Source: Pseudomonadota bacterium (GTDB lineage Bacteria; Pseudomonadota; Gammaproteobacteria; UBA9214). Taken from it: a DNA stretch of 64,000 nt. The notes under the pieces are model-generated. The model ran no database searches and was not told the origin of the DNA. It saw only the letters and a program-made list of their open reading frames with translations. Shown here piece after piece: positions 17,264 through 28,279 of the stretch; the stretch's first letter is position 1; each line of letters starts with the position of its first letter. The position numbers and the translations under genes were made by a program. The stretch spans positions 65,257 to 129,256 of the forward strand of contig JBDLJX010000001.1 in the NCBI GenBank assembly GCA_039714155.1, read 5' to 3'.

Positions 17264-18895
17264 ATGACCCCGCAGCGTCGATACACTGAATCTATGAGCA
17301 CTGACTTTAACCGAACCGTCTTCCTGACCGGCATCATACTGTTGCTGTCCGGCTGCGCCACGACGAATACCGATACACATCGACAGGAGCCGTCCCGGCC
17401 AGCCGTCTCAACCAGTGCAACGGATCTCGGACACCTTGCTGCACCAGCCAGCGGTCACCCGGCTTCCCGATCTGGCCAGCCTACGAGTGCCACACAATCA
17501 ACGGCACCGGATTTCTGGCAACAGGTACGCAATGATTTCCGCTTGCCGGGCAAGCAACAGGCGGCGGTCAAGCGACGCGCTGCTATCTACGGTAATAACG
17601 CCAGCCAGGTGGAGCGTATTTTCAAACGCGGCGAACCGTACCTCGCCTATATCCAAAATGAAGTACACAAGCGTGGTTTCCCTGCCGAGATTACCCTGCT
17701 ACCCTTTGTCGAAAGCGGCTACGATCCATTTGCCTATTCCCGCGGCAGGGCCGCCGGTCTTTGGCAGTTCATTCCCGGCACCGGCAAGATGTATGGACTC
17801 ACACAGGACTGGTGGTATGACGGCCGCCGTGATGTTATCGCTTCGACACAGGCCGCACTGAATTACCTGGACTGGCTGCAAAAGAAATTTGACGGTGACT
17901 GGCTGCTGGCGCTGGCAGCCTATAATTCCGGCAGCGGCACAGTACGCAAGGCCATCAAAAAGAACCGCAAAACCGGCCGACCGACCGATTTCTGGAACCT
18001 GCGACTGCCGAAAGAAACTGCCGCCTACGTACCGAAACTGCTTGCCATCAGCGAAGTGGTCGCCCGGCCCCGAAACTACGGGGTAACACTGGCAGCCGTT
18101 AACACCACACCGGACTTCACCGTAGTCGTTACCGGCGGTCAACTGGATATCGGGGTTGCGGCCGACCTGGCGAACATGGAGGTGGATGAGCTGTACCAGT
18201 TGAACCCCGCCTTTAACCGCTGGGCGACACATCCCGATGGCCCGCACCAGCTGGTATTACCCGCAGCAAAAGCGACTGTTTTTGAGAACAACCTGGCCAC
18301 CCTGCCCGAGTCACAGCGCATGAAATGGGTGCGCCACAGGATCCGCAACGGCGAAACACTCAGCCACATTGCCCGAAAATATGACACGACGGTCGCGGTG
18401 GTCCGCCAGACCAATCAACTGCACAGTAGCAATATCCGGGCCGGCAAATACCTGCTGGTACCGGTGGCGGCACAGGATGCCTCACGCTATGCCGCCCTTG
18501 ACAGGTTCAGGGGGCGCCGCAAGCCGGCAGGCACGACATCCACCTACAAGGTCAAAAGTGGCGACAGTCTCTGGAACATCGCCCGCAGCAACAGCGTTAC
18601 GGTCAGCCAGATTACCCGCTGGAATGACCTGAACAGCAACACCGTTATCAAGCCGGGGCAGAAACTGGTTATCCGGAAAGGCAGCACGGTCTCAACAGGC
18701 AGCAACCAGTTCCGGACGATCCGCTATACTGTACGCAAGGGCGACTCGCTGTTCCGGATTTCCCGCAAGTTCAACGTCAGCATCGCAGACCTGCGCAGCT
18801 GGAATAACCTGACCGGCAAGAAGTACCTGCAGCCGGGACAACGCCTCAAGGTACACGTAGACGTAACGCAGCAGTCAGTCGCCCGCCGGGGTTGA
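17264..18895 (+). CDS. mltD: Membrane-bound lytic murein transglycosylase D (SLT domain + LysM repeats)
   Basis: 543 aa with a lipoprotein-like signal (LLLSGC). The SLT catalytic region is (..LPFVESGYDPFAYSRGRAAGLWQFIPGTG..LAAYNSGSGTV..). Three C-terminal LysM repeats are present (..YTVRKGDSLFRISRKF..). Confidence 0.85.
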   Translation: MTPQRRYTESMSTDFNRTVFLTGIILLLSGCATTNTDTHRQEPSRPAVSTSATDLGHLAAPASGHPASRSGQPTSATQSTAPDFWQQVRNDFRLPGKQQAAVKRRAAIYGNNASQVERIFKRGEPYLAYIQNEVHKRGFPAEITLLPFVESGYDPFAYSRGRAAGLWQFIPGTGKMYGLTQDWWYDGRRDVIASTQAALNYLDWLQKKFDGDWLLALAAYNSGSGTVRKAIKKNRKTGRPTDFWNLRLPKETAAYVPKLLAISEVVARPRNYGVTLAAVNTTPDFTVVVTGGQLDIGVAADLANMEVDELYQLNPAFNRWATHPDGPHQLVLPAAKATVFENNLATLPESQRMKWVRHRIRNGETLSHIARKYDTTVAVVRQTNQLHSSNIRAGKYLLVPVAAQDASRYAALDRFRGRRKPAGTTSTYKVKSGDSLWNIARSNSVTVSQITRWNDLNSNTVIKPGQKLVIRKGSTVSTGSNQFRTIRYTVRKGDSLFRISRKFNVSIADLRSWNNLTGKKYLQPGQRLKVHVDVTQQSVARRG

Positions 18896-19522
18896 GTCTT
18901 CTTTCAGCCCGCTGATTGTGATATCAGCCTGTTCATGCAACAGCTTTGCCGTCCCTGCACCACAACTGATAATCGACCGCATGGCATCCTGCACGCCAAT
19001 ATCCACGGGGTGCACATACCTGCCTTGCAGATGAAAGATCAAGCCGGATGTTGGATTTGGACCGGTCGGCATGAACACCGTGTAACTGCCGTCCTGATGC
19101 TTGTCGGTAATAAACACCGTCGCCAGCGTGTCGTTGCCATAGACCTGCGCCATCGCCACCGAGGAGAACGGTGATTCCTCGCGATTGCCGAAGATCTGCA
19201 ACACCGTTTCCTTGATCAGCGAGTAACCCGGCGCCAGCTTGAAGATCCGGTTTTCGATAAACCGGAACATGAAACCACCGAACCGGGTCCGCACCAGCAC
19301 ACCAACAAAAAAGCAGGCCGCGATTACCAGTGAAATGGCAACAATATTGGTAATTAATTCATTGTATTGGGAGTAATTCCTGAGAAAGTTCGAGAGCGGC
19401 AAAATCCAGCCGGTAATGAGCTTATAGAGCCACAGTGACACGGTCACCAGGATGGTGACCGGCAGGATAACCACCAGGCCACCGATCAACGACGTCTGGA
19501 TAAAACTGCGCAGCTTTTTCAT
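18875..19522 (-). CDS. DUF502-family membrane protein
   Basis: 215 aa with two N-terminal TMs followed by the conserved DUF502 block ..VFMPTGPNPTSGLIF... Confidence 0.6.
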   Translation of the reverse strand: MKKLRSFIQTSLIGGLVVILPVTILVTVSLWLYKLITGWILPLSNFLRNYSQYNELITNIVAISLVIAACFFVGVLVRTRFGGFMFRFIENRIFKLAPGYSLIKETVLQIFGNREESPFSSVAMAQVYGNDTLATVFITDKHQDGSYTVFMPTGPNPTSGLIFHLQGRYVHPVDIGVQDAMRSIISCGAGTAKLLHEQADITISGLKEDSTPAGD

Positions 19523-19612
19523 TGGATCACCAAAACAATTCCCCGCAACGCCTCTGTCTTTCAGTAACTCACTACGCCAGCAATGCGTGCAGGCTGCGGC
19601 GCGTGCGCCCTG

Positions 19613-21103
19613 CTAACCGGTCTCAGGCCGCATGTGCGGGAATAACAGGACATCTCGAATGGATGGCGAGTCGGTGAACAGCATCACCAGCCGGTCAATA
19701 CCAATGCCCTCACCTGCGGTGGGTGGCATACCATGTTCGAGTGCGCGGATATAGTCGGCGTCGTAGTGCATCGCTTCCAGGTCGCCGGCGTCTTTTTCCT
19801 CGACCTGTTTGCGGAAGCGTTCTGCCTGGTCTTCCGCATCGTTCAACTCCGAGAAGCCATTGGCAATCTCCCGCCCACCGACAAAAAACTCGAAACGGTC
19901 AGCGACAAACGGGTCATCGTTATTACGGCGCGCCAGCGGTGATACCTCGGTCGGGTATGCAGTGATAAACGCTGGATCAGCAAGATGGTCCTCAACGGTT
20001 TTCTCGAAGATCTCGATCTGCACCTTGCCGAGGCCATAGTTGTCCTTTAATGGAATGCCAAGCTTCTCCGCGACAGCACGTGCAGGCTCCAGGTCGTTAA
20101 TATCGTCCGCAGCAAGGTCCGGATTAAAATGCAGTATTGACTCGAATACGGTCATGCGCCGGAACGGCTTGCCGAAATCATACGACTGCCCCTGGTATTC
20201 AATGGTAGTGCTGCCGTGCAACTCCATCGCCATATTGCGCAACAGATCTTCGGTCAGGTCCATCAGGTCATGGTAGTCGGCATACCCCTGGTAGAACTCC
20301 AGCATGGTGAATTCCGGATTATGCCGGGTGGACAGGCCTTCATTACGGAAGTTGCGGTTGATCTCGTAGACCCGTTCATAGCCACCCACAACCAGCCGTT
20401 TCAGGTAAAGCTCCGGCGCGATACGCAGAAACAGGTCCATATCGAGCGAGTTGTGATAGGTCGAAAACGGCCGCGCCACCGCACCACCGGGGATGGCCTG
20501 CATCATCGGCGTTTCGACTTCCAGGAAATCGCGTTCGTTCAGGTACTGGCGAATGTACTGCACGATCTGACTGCGCATGCGGAAGGTATTCCGCGACACC
20601 TCATTCATAATCAGGTCGACATAACGCTGCCGGTAGCGGGTTTCCTGGTCGGCGAGACCATGGTATTTCTCCGGCAACGGCCGTAATGACTTGGTCAGGA
20701 TGCGAAGCGTGTCGGCCTTCACAGACAGCTCACCGGTTTTGGTCTTGAACAACACGCCCTCGGCCGCAATGATGTCACCGATATCCCAGCCCTTGAAAGC
20801 CTGGTAGACACCTTCCGGCAAGGCATCACGTTGCAGGAACAGCTGGATACGACCGGACATGTCCTGCAACTGTGCAAAACTGGCCTTGCCCATAACGCGC
20901 TTGGCCATCAGCCGACCCGCCACCTTGACCCGTATCGGCTCCGACTCGAGTACGTCATTGTCCCTGTCGTCATACTCGGCATGCAGTTCGCCGGCAATGG
21001 CATCACGGCGGAAGTCATTCGGGAAGGCATTGCCGGCCTCGCGCAAGGCATTCAGCTTCTCGCGCCGCCGGGCAATCAGTGCATGTTCGTCCTGGTCAGT
21101 CAT
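19613..21103 (-). CDS. lysS: Lysine--tRNA ligase (class II)
   Basis: 496 aa with an N-terminal OB anticodon-binding domain and class II motifs 1-3 (..FRNEG.., ..[11 protein letters not shown]..). It follows prfB as in E. coli. Confidence 0.9.
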   Translation of the reverse strand: MTDQDEHALIARRREKLNALREAGNAFPNDFRRDAIAGELHAEYDDRDNDVLESEPIRVKVAGRLMAKRVMGKASFAQLQDMSGRIQLFLQRDALPEGVYQAFKGWDIGDIIAAEGVLFKTKTGELSVKADTLRILTKSLRPLPEKYHGLADQETRYRQRYVDLIMNEVSRNTFRMRSQIVQYIRQYLNERDFLEVETPMMQAIPGGAVARPFSTYHNSLDMDLFLRIAPELYLKRLVVGGYERVYEINRNFRNEGLSTRHNPEFTMLEFYQGYADYHDLMDLTEDLLRNMAMELHGSTTIEYQGQSYDFGKPFRRMTVFESILHFNPDLAADDINDLEPARAVAEKLGIPLKDNYGLGKVQIEIFEKTVEDHLADPAFITAYPTEVSPLARRNNDDPFVADRFEFFVGGREIANGFSELNDAEDQAERFRKQVEEKDAGDLEAMHYDADYIRALEHGMPPTAGEGIGIDRLVMLFTDSPSIRDVLLFPHMRPETG

Positions 21104-21122
21104 GAGTAAATAATGTCAGTAT

Positions 21123-21228
21123 GTAGCCCGGATGCAGCGTAGCGCAATCCGGGGAAAAGACAAGCCAGCCCCGGATTCCGGTCCCCGCCTTCGCGGGGGC
21201 AGGCACTTACGGCCTCCATCCGGGCTAC
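21123..21228. repeat. REP-like element, family B, copy 1
   Basis: GTAGCCCGGATGCAGCGTAGCGCAATCCGGGG ... CCATCCGGGCTAC forms terminal inverted repeats with inner GC hairpins. It sits in the lysS-prfB spacer. The unit resembles E. coli REP in form (GTAGGCCGGAT..GGCGT..ACGCC..ATCCGGC). Confidence 0.7.
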
Positions 21229-21234
21229 CGTTTT

Positions 21235-22333
21235 CTACAGGCCACTCTTCAGACTGGCCTCGATAAACTGGTCAAGGTCCCCGTCCAGCACCGCCTGGGT
21301 ATTACCCGTCTCCACACCGGTACGCAGGTCCTTGATACGCGACTGGTCCAGCACATAGGAACGGATCTGACTGCCCCAGCCGATGTCGGACTTGCTGTCT
21401 TCCACCTCTTGCTGGTCGGAACTGCGCTTCTGCATCTCCAGCTCGTAGAGCTTGGACTTCAACTGCTTCATGGCCGTGGCCTTGTTTTTGTGCTGCGAGC
21501 GGTCATTCTGGCACTGCACCACGACACCGGTAGGCTCATGCGTGATGCGCACCGCCGACTCGGTGCGGTTGACGTGCTGGCCACCGGCGCCACTGGCCCG
21601 ATACACATCAATTCGCAGGTCTGCGGGATTGATATCGATTTCGAAGTCATCATCGATCTCGGGAGAGATAAACACCGCAGCAAACGAGGTATGACGGCGG
21701 TTGCCGGAATCGAACGGCGACTTGCGCACCAGCCGATGCACGCCGGTCTCGGTACGCAACCAGCCAAAGGCATAGTCGCCTTCCACCTTGACCGTGGCAC
21801 TCTTGATGCCGGCGACTTCACCCGCTGAGACTTCGATCAGTTCGGTCTTGAAGCCGTGCCGTTCGGCCCAGCGCAAATACATGCGCAACAGCATTTCCGC
21901 CCAGTCCTGGGCCTCGGTGCCGCCCGAACCGGACTGGATATCAAGAAACGCACTGGACGCATCCATCTCGCCGGAAAACATGCGCCGGAATTCCAGCCTG
22001 GCGATATCGGCTTCCAGTGACTCGACATCCGCCTCGATGGCTGCCAGCGTGTCTTCGTCGTTCTCCTCGGCCGCCACTTCCAGCAACTCACCGGCATCCT
22101 GCAGTGCCTGGCCCATCTTGCTGAGCGTCAACACCACTTCTTCCAGGCGCGCGCGCTCACGCCCGAGTTCCTGGGCGCGTTCCGGGTTATTCCAGATGTC
22201 AGGGTCTTCGAGCTCGCGACTGACTTCTGTCAGGCGTTCCTGGCGCACATCGAAGTCAAAGATACCCCCTGAGGGCAGCAGAACGCCCGTCGAGGTCGTT
22301 GATCAGCGCGCGGATGGCATTGATATCAGGCAT
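21235..22333 (-). CDS. prfB: Peptide chain release factor 2, with a programmed +1 ribosomal frameshift
   Basis: Frame 0 reads [28 protein letters not shown]. The minus-strand sequence AGGGGGUAUCUUUGAC contains an internal SD-like AGGGGG, then CUU UGA C. The +1 frame continues DFDVRQERL... and includes the GGQ motif (..[11 protein letters not shown]..). The ORF track shows only the downstream part, 21235..22248. Confidence 0.9.
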
Positions 22334-22385
22334 GGTATCCCGTTCAGGAGTTAAAAAATCGAAACGCGAGATCATACTATTGAAA

Positions 22386-24107
22386 TTACTGGATTTCTAT
22401 ATGTTCAACAATGAGCTGGGCTGACTCCACACCGCGAAATTCATTCACATCCAGCCGGTAGACGCAGCATGCCTGCCGGCAGTCCACGGGCAGCGGGGCG
22501 GTGTTGAATGCGATGGCATCAATGACTGTATCACCGTTAACCGGACGCAGGTTCATTTTCAGGTGCCGCTCACCGACAACCCGGCTGCTCAGCACCTCAA
22601 ATTCACCGTCAAACAGAGGCTCGGGAAAGCCCTGTCCCCACGGCCCGGCATCACGCAGGTCACGAGCCACAGCCAGACTGATTTCGTCCGCTGACAAGGC
22701 CCCGTCGCTGTGCAGCGCCCCGTCCAGGTCCTCTGCCGACAGGTGGTGCGCACTCTCGGCAGCAAAGGCGGCAGCAAAACCATCAAAATTTGCCGCCGCC
22801 AGTGTCAGGCCCGCCGCCATGGCATGGCCACCAAACCGGGTAATCATCCCGGGGTGACAGGTTGCGATGGCATCCAGCACGTCACGAATATGCAGGCCCG
22901 GCACCGAGCGTGCCGAACCTTTCAGTTCGGCCTCCCCGGCCTTCGCAAAGGCAATTACCGGGCGGTGGAACTGCTCCTTGATTCTTGAGGCGAGGATACC
23001 GATCACCCCCTGGTGCCAGCCGGGATCAAACAGGCACAGGCCGGTCGGCAGGGACTGTTCCTCCAGGTGCAACTGTTTAATGGCAACGAGCGCCTGCGAC
23101 TGCATGTCCGTCTCGATCTCGCGGCGTTCACGGTTCAGACTATCGAGTTGCGCTGCCATCTCGCGGGCGGCTGAGTCACTGTCTGTCAGCAAACACTCGA
23201 TACCCAGCGCCATATCATCCAGGCGACCGGCCGCGTTCAGCCGCGGCCCTGCTGCAAAGCCAAGGTCGGTTGCAACGGCCCGGGAGACCGTGCGCTTGCC
23301 AACCTCGAGCAAGGCGCGAATGCCGGGGATACAACGACCGGCGCGGATACGTTGCAGGCCCTGCTGCACCAGCAGGCGGTTGTTATGATCGAGTGGCACC
23401 ACGTCGGCAACGGTCCCCAGCGCCACCAGGTCAAGCAACTGGCCCAGATTCGGTTCCTCGATCGCCTGTTGCCGGAACCAGTCACGTTCACGCAAGCGGG
23501 CACGCAACGCCAGCATGACATAGAACGCCACACCGACACCGGCCAGGTTTTTGCTCGGAAAACAATCACCGTCCAGGTTCGGGTTAACGATGACATTGGC
23601 CTGCGGCAGCACCTCACCGGGTAAATGATGGTCGGTAACCAGCACCTTGATACCCAGTTCCCTGGCAGTGGCGACACCGGCAACACTGGAGACGCCGTTA
23701 TCCACCGTCACAATCAGGTCCGGCTGCATGTCAGCCGCGACGGCAACAATTTCAGGTGTCAGGCCATAGCCGTAATCAAACCGGTTCGGTACGAGATAGT
23801 GGACATCCTCCGCACCCATGGCGCGCAAGGCACGCATACACAGGGCACTGCTGGTCGCGCCGTCCGCATCGAAATCGCCGACAATGACGATGCGCTGCCG
23901 GTCCACCAGCGCGGTCTCGAGCAGATCAGCTGCCTGCGGCAGACCACCGAGTTGCTCCAGAGGTAACAGTTTGTTCAGGGAGTAGTCCAGCTCGTCCACA
24001 GATTCGACACCCCGTGCGGCGTACACACGGCGCAGCAACGATGGCAGGGAATCCGGCAGGTCGATGCTGCCAGCAGGTAGTGAGCGACGGAGGATGCGAC
24101 GGTTCAT
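22386..24107 (-). CDS. recJ: Single-stranded-DNA-specific exonuclease RecJ
   Basis: 573 aa with DHH motifs (..VGDFDADGATS.., ..TVDNG..DHH..) and a DHHA1 region. Confidence 0.9.
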   Translation of the reverse strand: MNRRILRRSLPAGSIDLPDSLPSLLRRVYAARGVESVDELDYSLNKLLPLEQLGGLPQAADLLETALVDRQRIVIVGDFDADGATSSALCMRALRAMGAEDVHYLVPNRFDYGYGLTPEIVAVAADMQPDLIVTVDNGVSSVAGVATARELGIKVLVTDHHLPGEVLPQANVIVNPNLDGDCFPSKNLAGVGVAFYVMLALRARLRERDWFRQQAIEEPNLGQLLDLVALGTVADVVPLDHNNRLLVQQGLQRIRAGRCIPGIRALLEVGKRTVSRAVATDLGFAAGPRLNAAGRLDDMALGIECLLTDSDSAAREMAAQLDSLNRERREIETDMQSQALVAIKQLHLEEQSLPTGLCLFDPGWHQGVIGILASRIKEQFHRPVIAFAKAGEAELKGSARSVPGLHIRDVLDAIATCHPGMITRFGGHAMAAGLTLAAANFDGFAAAFAAESAHHLSAEDLDGALHSDGALSADEISLAVARDLRDAGPWGQGFPEPLFDGEFEVLSSRVVGERHLKMNLRPVNGDTVIDAIAFNTAPLPVDCRQACCVYRLDVNEFRGVESAQLIVEHIEIQ

Positions 24108-24228
24108 TGCATCAATATTCCGGCCTTACGGGTAGCCTGGACAAAGGTGCAATAATGGCCGTGCCCAATCCTTATCTATTTGTTGGGCACGCTTCGCCTT
24201 GCCCAACCTACAGAACTTAAAAACCTGG

Positions 24229-24298
24229 CCACGGAAGCACACGGAAGTATAAATGCCCTGTTAGAAATATTTCCGTGTAATTCCGTGTGCTTCCGTGG
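24229..24298. terminator. Candidate bidirectional rho-independent terminator (downstream of hom-thrC)
   Basis: A perfect 18-bp inverted repeat, CCACGGAAGCACACGGAA ... TTCCGTGTGCTTCCGTGG, lies 50 nt downstream of the thrC stop. On the minus strand it is followed by GGUUUUUAAG. On the plus strand it is followed by AAATTTGATTTTTTTAT. Confidence 0.55.
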
Positions 24299-24348
24299 CA
24301 AATTTGATTTTTTTATAGACAGGATCACTTAAGCAAGAGCCATCCGGG

Positions 24349-25479
24349 TCAGACCAGGTTGCTGACAATCGCTGCCTTGACCGACTCAAGATCGGCATCC
24401 ACCGTCAACATGCCTTCACTGCATTGCTTGATCGCCGTATCCGGGTCCTTGAGGCCGTGACCGGTGAGGGTACAGACGACACGACTGCCAGCCGGGATCT
24501 TGCCGGATTTGATATCGCGCAGGGCGCCGGCAACAGACGTCGCCGAAGCCGGTTCACAGAAAATGCCTTCTTTTGACGTCAGCAGTCTCTGCGCAGCGAG
24601 AATCTCCTCGTCCGTACATTCATCAAACCAGCCACCGGATTCCTCCTTGACCTTCCAGGCCTGCTCCCATGACTGCGGATGGCCAATGCGGATGGCCGTT
24701 GCCACCGTTTCCGGGTGGTCCACCATGTCGCCACGCATGAACGGTGCCGAACCGGCAGCCTGATAACCCACCATGGTCGGGCGCCGGTCGGTTACCACCG
24801 CACCCGGGTGCCTGCAGTCACCGCCGCAGAATGCACAGGCCTGCGTCGCCACGCCGGCGTACTCACTGTAGCCAATCCAGTGGGCCGTGATGTTGCCGGC
24901 ATTACCGACTGGCAGGCAATGAAAGTCAGGTGGGCCGCCCAGTTCGTCAATAATTTCAAACGCCGCCGACTTCTGGCCCTGCAAACGATACGGATTGATG
25001 GAATTCACAATGGTTACCGGCGCATGTTCGGCCACTTCCTTGACCAGCCGCATGCCGTCATCGAAGTTACCGCGGATCTGGATGACAACGGCGCCGTGGA
25101 TCATGGCCTGCGCCAGCTTGCCGAGTGCAATCTTGCCTTCCGGGATAATGACAAAGGCGGTGATGCCGGCACGCGCGGCATAGGCAGCGGCGGCAGCCGA
25201 GGTATTACCGGTGGAGGCACACAACACGGCGCGGCTGCCCTCTTCCACGGCCTTTGTCACGGCCATGGTCATGCCGCGGTCCTTGAAGGAGCCGGTCGGG
25301 TTCAGGCCTTCGTACTTGATATAGAGTTCGGCATCGCTGCCAATCTCGCGCGGGATATTCTCCAGCCGCACCAGTGGCGTATTGCCCTCGCCAAGGCTGA
25401 TCACGCGCGTGGTATCGGTAACCGGCATGCGGTCACGGTAGTGCTCAATGATTCCGGTGTAACGGGTTCCAGTAGACAT
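24349..25479 (-). CDS. thrC: Threonine synthase
   Basis: 376 aa with a PLP lysine motif ..NPTGSFKDRG.. and a short-form ThrC architecture. Confidence 0.9.
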   Translation of the reverse strand: MSTGTRYTGIIEHYRDRMPVTDTTRVISLGEGNTPLVRLENIPREIGSDAELYIKYEGLNPTGSFKDRGMTMAVTKAVEEGSRAVLCASTGNTSAAAAAYAARAGITAFVIIPEGKIALGKLAQAMIHGAVVIQIRGNFDDGMRLVKEVAEHAPVTIVNSINPYRLQGQKSAAFEIIDELGGPPDFHCLPVGNAGNITAHWIGYSEYAGVATQACAFCGGDCRHPGAVVTDRRPTMVGYQAAGSAPFMRGDMVDHPETVATAIRIGHPQSWEQAWKVKEESGGWFDECTDEEILAAQRLLTSKEGIFCEPASATSVAGALRDIKSGKIPAGSRVVCTLTGHGLKDPDTAIKQCSEGMLTVDADLESVKAAIVSNLV

Positions 25480-25508
25480 ATTGTTTATCCAGGTTTTAAT
25501 GTTCAGAC

Positions 25509-25619
25509 GTAGCCCGGATGAAGGCCGTCAGGGCCTGCCCCGGCAATGGGTAAGCCGGGGCCGTAATCCGGGATTGAGACTTCATTCCCCCGGATTTCGC
25601 TACGCTACCTCCGGGCTAC
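25509..25619. repeat. REP-like element, family B, copy 2 (inverted pair of units)
   Basis: GTAGCCCGGATGAAGG...at the left end and CCCCCGGATTTCGCTACGCTACCTCCGGGCTAC at the right end. The right end is the reverse complement of the family B unit. It sits in the thrC-hom spacer. Confidence 0.7.
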
Positions 25620-25649
25620 AATGTTCGCGAGATCGTCAAACGTCAATAA

Positions 25650-26966
25650 TCAATCACAATCCAGGTGTTCCAGCCGTATGCGCGTCACCTTGCCGTGAAT
25701 CGTTTCCAGCGCCTCGATCTGGCTGATGGCGGCATTCATCTGCTGCTCGCGGACCGTATGTGTCAGCATGATAATCGGCACCTCATCGACTCCGTCTGCC
25801 GGCTCTTTCTGCAGGATCGCCTCGATACTGATAGCCGAATCACCCAGGATACGCGTCACCTCGGACAACACACCCGGTTTGTCGGTGGCCAGCATGCGCA
25901 GGTAACAGGCAGTCTCGACATCGTCCATTGCCAGGATCGGTGCATCCGACAGGGCGTGCGGCTGGAATGCGAGGTGTGGCACCCGGTTCCCGGGGTCTGC
26001 TGTCAGGGTCCGCACCACATCAATAATATCGGCAACCACGGCCGAGGCAGTCGGCTCGGCACCGGCGCCAGCGCCGTAATACAGGGTTGGCCCAACGGCG
26101 TCGGCCTTGACCAGTATGGCATTCATGACGCCATCGACATTGGCAATCAGGCGCCGTTCCGGTATCAGGGTCGGGTGCACCCGCAGTTCAATGCCGGCTT
26201 CCGTGCGGCGGGTAAGACCCAGGTGCTTGATGCGATAACCGAATTCCCCGGCATAGGCAACATCTGCACGGGTAATGTGACTGATGCCCTCGGTATATAC
26301 CTTGTCGAACTGCAGCGGTACGCCAAAGGCAATCGAGGCGAGGATGGTCAGCTTGTGTGCCGCATCGATGCCTTCAACATCGAAGCTTGGATCGGCCTCG
26401 GCATAGCCCAGCTGCTGTGCTTCTTTCAGAACGTCATCGAAATCACGCCCCTTGTCGCGCATCTCGGTCAGGATAAAATTACCGGTACCGTTGATGATGC
26501 CGGCCAGCCATTCGATCTCATTGGCCGCCAGCCCCTCGCGCAACGCCTTGATGATGGGTATGCCACCGGCAACTGCGGCCTCGAAGGCCACCATGACACC
26601 ACGCTCCTGCGCTGCCGCGAAGATCTCGTTACCGTGCAGGGCAATCAGCGCCTTGTTGGCAGTTACGACATGCTTGCCATTGGCAATGGCCTTCAGCACC
26701 AGTTCCCGTGCCGGTTCGTAACCGCCAATCAATTCAACCACGATATCGATGGCCGGGTCCTCGACCACCGCAAAGGCATCATTGGATACCGGGATGGACT
26801 CGATGCCGGGCAACCGCGCCGGGTCATAGCCCCGTGCTGCCGCATGGGTAATCTGGATACCACGCCCGGCACGCCGGACGATTTCATCGGCATTGCGATT
26901 CAGGACGTTAAAGGTCCCCCCGCCCACCGTGCCAAGACCCAGCAGGCCAACATTAACCGGATTCAA
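25650..26966 (-). CDS. hom: Homoserine dehydrogenase
   Basis: Contains ..VNVGLLGLGTVGGG.. (Rossmann fold), a catalytic domain and a C-terminal ACT domain. A TTG start was chosen at about 26966 with a GGGAGGA 7 nt upstream. The ORF-track extension to 27062 would overlap the upstream aminotransferase gene by 92 nt. Confidence 0.85.
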   Translation of the reverse strand: MNPVNVGLLGLGTVGGGTFNVLNRNADEIVRRAGRGIQITHAAARGYDPARLPGIESIPVSNDAFAVVEDPAIDIVVELIGGYEPARELVLKAIANGKHVVTANKALIALHGNEIFAAAQERGVMVAFEAAVAGGIPIIKALREGLAANEIEWLAGIINGTGNFILTEMRDKGRDFDDVLKEAQQLGYAEADPSFDVEGIDAAHKLTILASIAFGVPLQFDKVYTEGISHITRADVAYAGEFGYRIKHLGLTRRTEAGIELRVHPTLIPERRLIANVDGVMNAILVKADAVGPTLYYGAGAGAEPTASAVVADIIDVVRTLTADPGNRVPHLAFQPHALSDAPILAMDDVETACYLRMLATDKPGVLSEVTRILGDSAISIEAILQKEPADGVDEVPIIMLTHTVREQQMNAAISQIEALETIHGKVTRIRLEHLDCD

Positions 26967-26970
26967 TGAT

Positions 26971-28176
26971 TTATCCTCCCGATGCGCGCGCCTGGTCCAG
27001 ATCCCTGCGGAACATATCGCGAATACCGCGAACCGCCTGGCGCGTACGATGTTCATTTTCAATCAGACCAAAGCGGACGTGATCATCTCCATAGGAACCA
27101 AAACCGATTCCGGGTGAAACCGCCACCCTGGCATCAACCAGCAACTTCTTGGAAAACTCGAGCGAACCCATCTCGCGATACGGTTCCGGGATCGGCGACC
27201 AGACAAACATGGTGCCTTTCGGCCGTTCCACCGGCCAGCCCAGATTGTTCAGACCGTCGCACAGAACATTGCGACGACTGCGGTACATACTGCAAATCTC
27301 CTGCACGCAGTCCTGTGGTCCATCGAGTGCGGTAATAGCCGCCACCTGTATGGGTGTAAACATACCGTAATCCAGGTAGGACTTGATCCGCGCCAGCGCG
27401 GCAACCAGGGTTTCGTTGCCACACATGAAGCCGACCCGCCAGCCGGGCATATTATAGCTCTTGGACAGCGAGAAAAACTCGACCGCACAATCCAACGCGC
27501 CGTCGACCTGCAGGATGGATGGCGCCTTGTAGCCATCGAAGACCAGGTCGGCATAGGCCAGATCCTGGATGACCCAGATCTCGTTTTCACGGGCAATATC
27601 AACAACCTTCTGGTAGAAGTCCAGCTCGACGCACTGGGTGGTGGGGTTGCCGGGGAAATTCAGGATCAGCATCCTGGGCCGTGGCCAGGAATCCTTGATC
27701 GCCTTTTCCAGTTCGGCGAAGAAATCCACGCCGGGACGCAACGGCACGTGCCGGATATCGGCACCGGCAATAGCAAAGCCATAGGGATGAATCGGATAGG
27801 CGGGGTTTGGCACCAGTACCGCATCACCCGGCCCCATGGTCGCCAGCGCCAGGTGCGCCAGCCCCTCCTTGGAACCAATGGTGACAATGGCATGCCGGTC
27901 GTAGTCGAGGTCGACATCATAGCGACGACCGTACCAGTCGCAGATCGCCTTGCGCAGCCGCGGTATGCCTTTCGACAGTGAGTAGCGGTGGGTATCAGGC
28001 CGCTGCGCGGCCTCAACCAGTTTATCGACGATGTGCTTCGGTGTCGGCTGGTCCGGATTACCCATGCCAAAGTCGATAATGTCTTCGCCACGTGCGCGCG
28101 CCGTTGCCTTCAACTCGTTCACAATGTTGAAAACATAGGGCGGCAAGCGCTTTATGCGGGCGAATTCCTCAATCAC
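26971..28176 (-). CDS. PLP-dependent aminotransferase, class I/II (AlaA/AlaC-like)
   Basis: 401 aa with a fold-type I aminotransferase and a PLP lysine in [15 protein letters not shown]. The aminotransferase-hom-thrC arrangement is common in beta- and gammaproteobacteria. Confidence 0.8.
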   Translation of the reverse strand: MIEEFARIKRLPPYVFNIVNELKATARARGEDIIDFGMGNPDQPTPKHIVDKLVEAAQRPDTHRYSLSKGIPRLRKAICDWYGRRYDVDLDYDRHAIVTIGSKEGLAHLALATMGPGDAVLVPNPAYPIHPYGFAIAGADIRHVPLRPGVDFFAELEKAIKDSWPRPRMLILNFPGNPTTQCVELDFYQKVVDIARENEIWVIQDLAYADLVFDGYKAPSILQVDGALDCAVEFFSLSKSYNMPGWRVGFMCGNETLVAALARIKSYLDYGMFTPIQVAAITALDGPQDCVQEICSMYRSRRNVLCDGLNNLGWPVERPKGTMFVWSPIPEPYREMGSLEFSKKLLVDARVAVSPGIGFGSYGDDHVRFGLIENEHRTRQAVRGIRDMFRRDLDQARASGG

Positions 28177-28279
28177 ATCGACAACCGGAAGTTACGCAGG
28201 GTTTCAGGAGTTTTCCGTAAGTAGTTATAAGTGCTTACGTTACTTAAATTTTCATGTTGAAACAAGGGGGTAGACTGCA

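Noticed and set aside
26967-27062. 32-aa N-terminal extension of the hom ORF
   Set aside because: It overlaps the 3' end of the aminotransferase gene. A TTG with a strong GGGAGGA Shine-Dalgarno sits exactly where the conserved VNVGLLGLGTVGG N-terminus begins.
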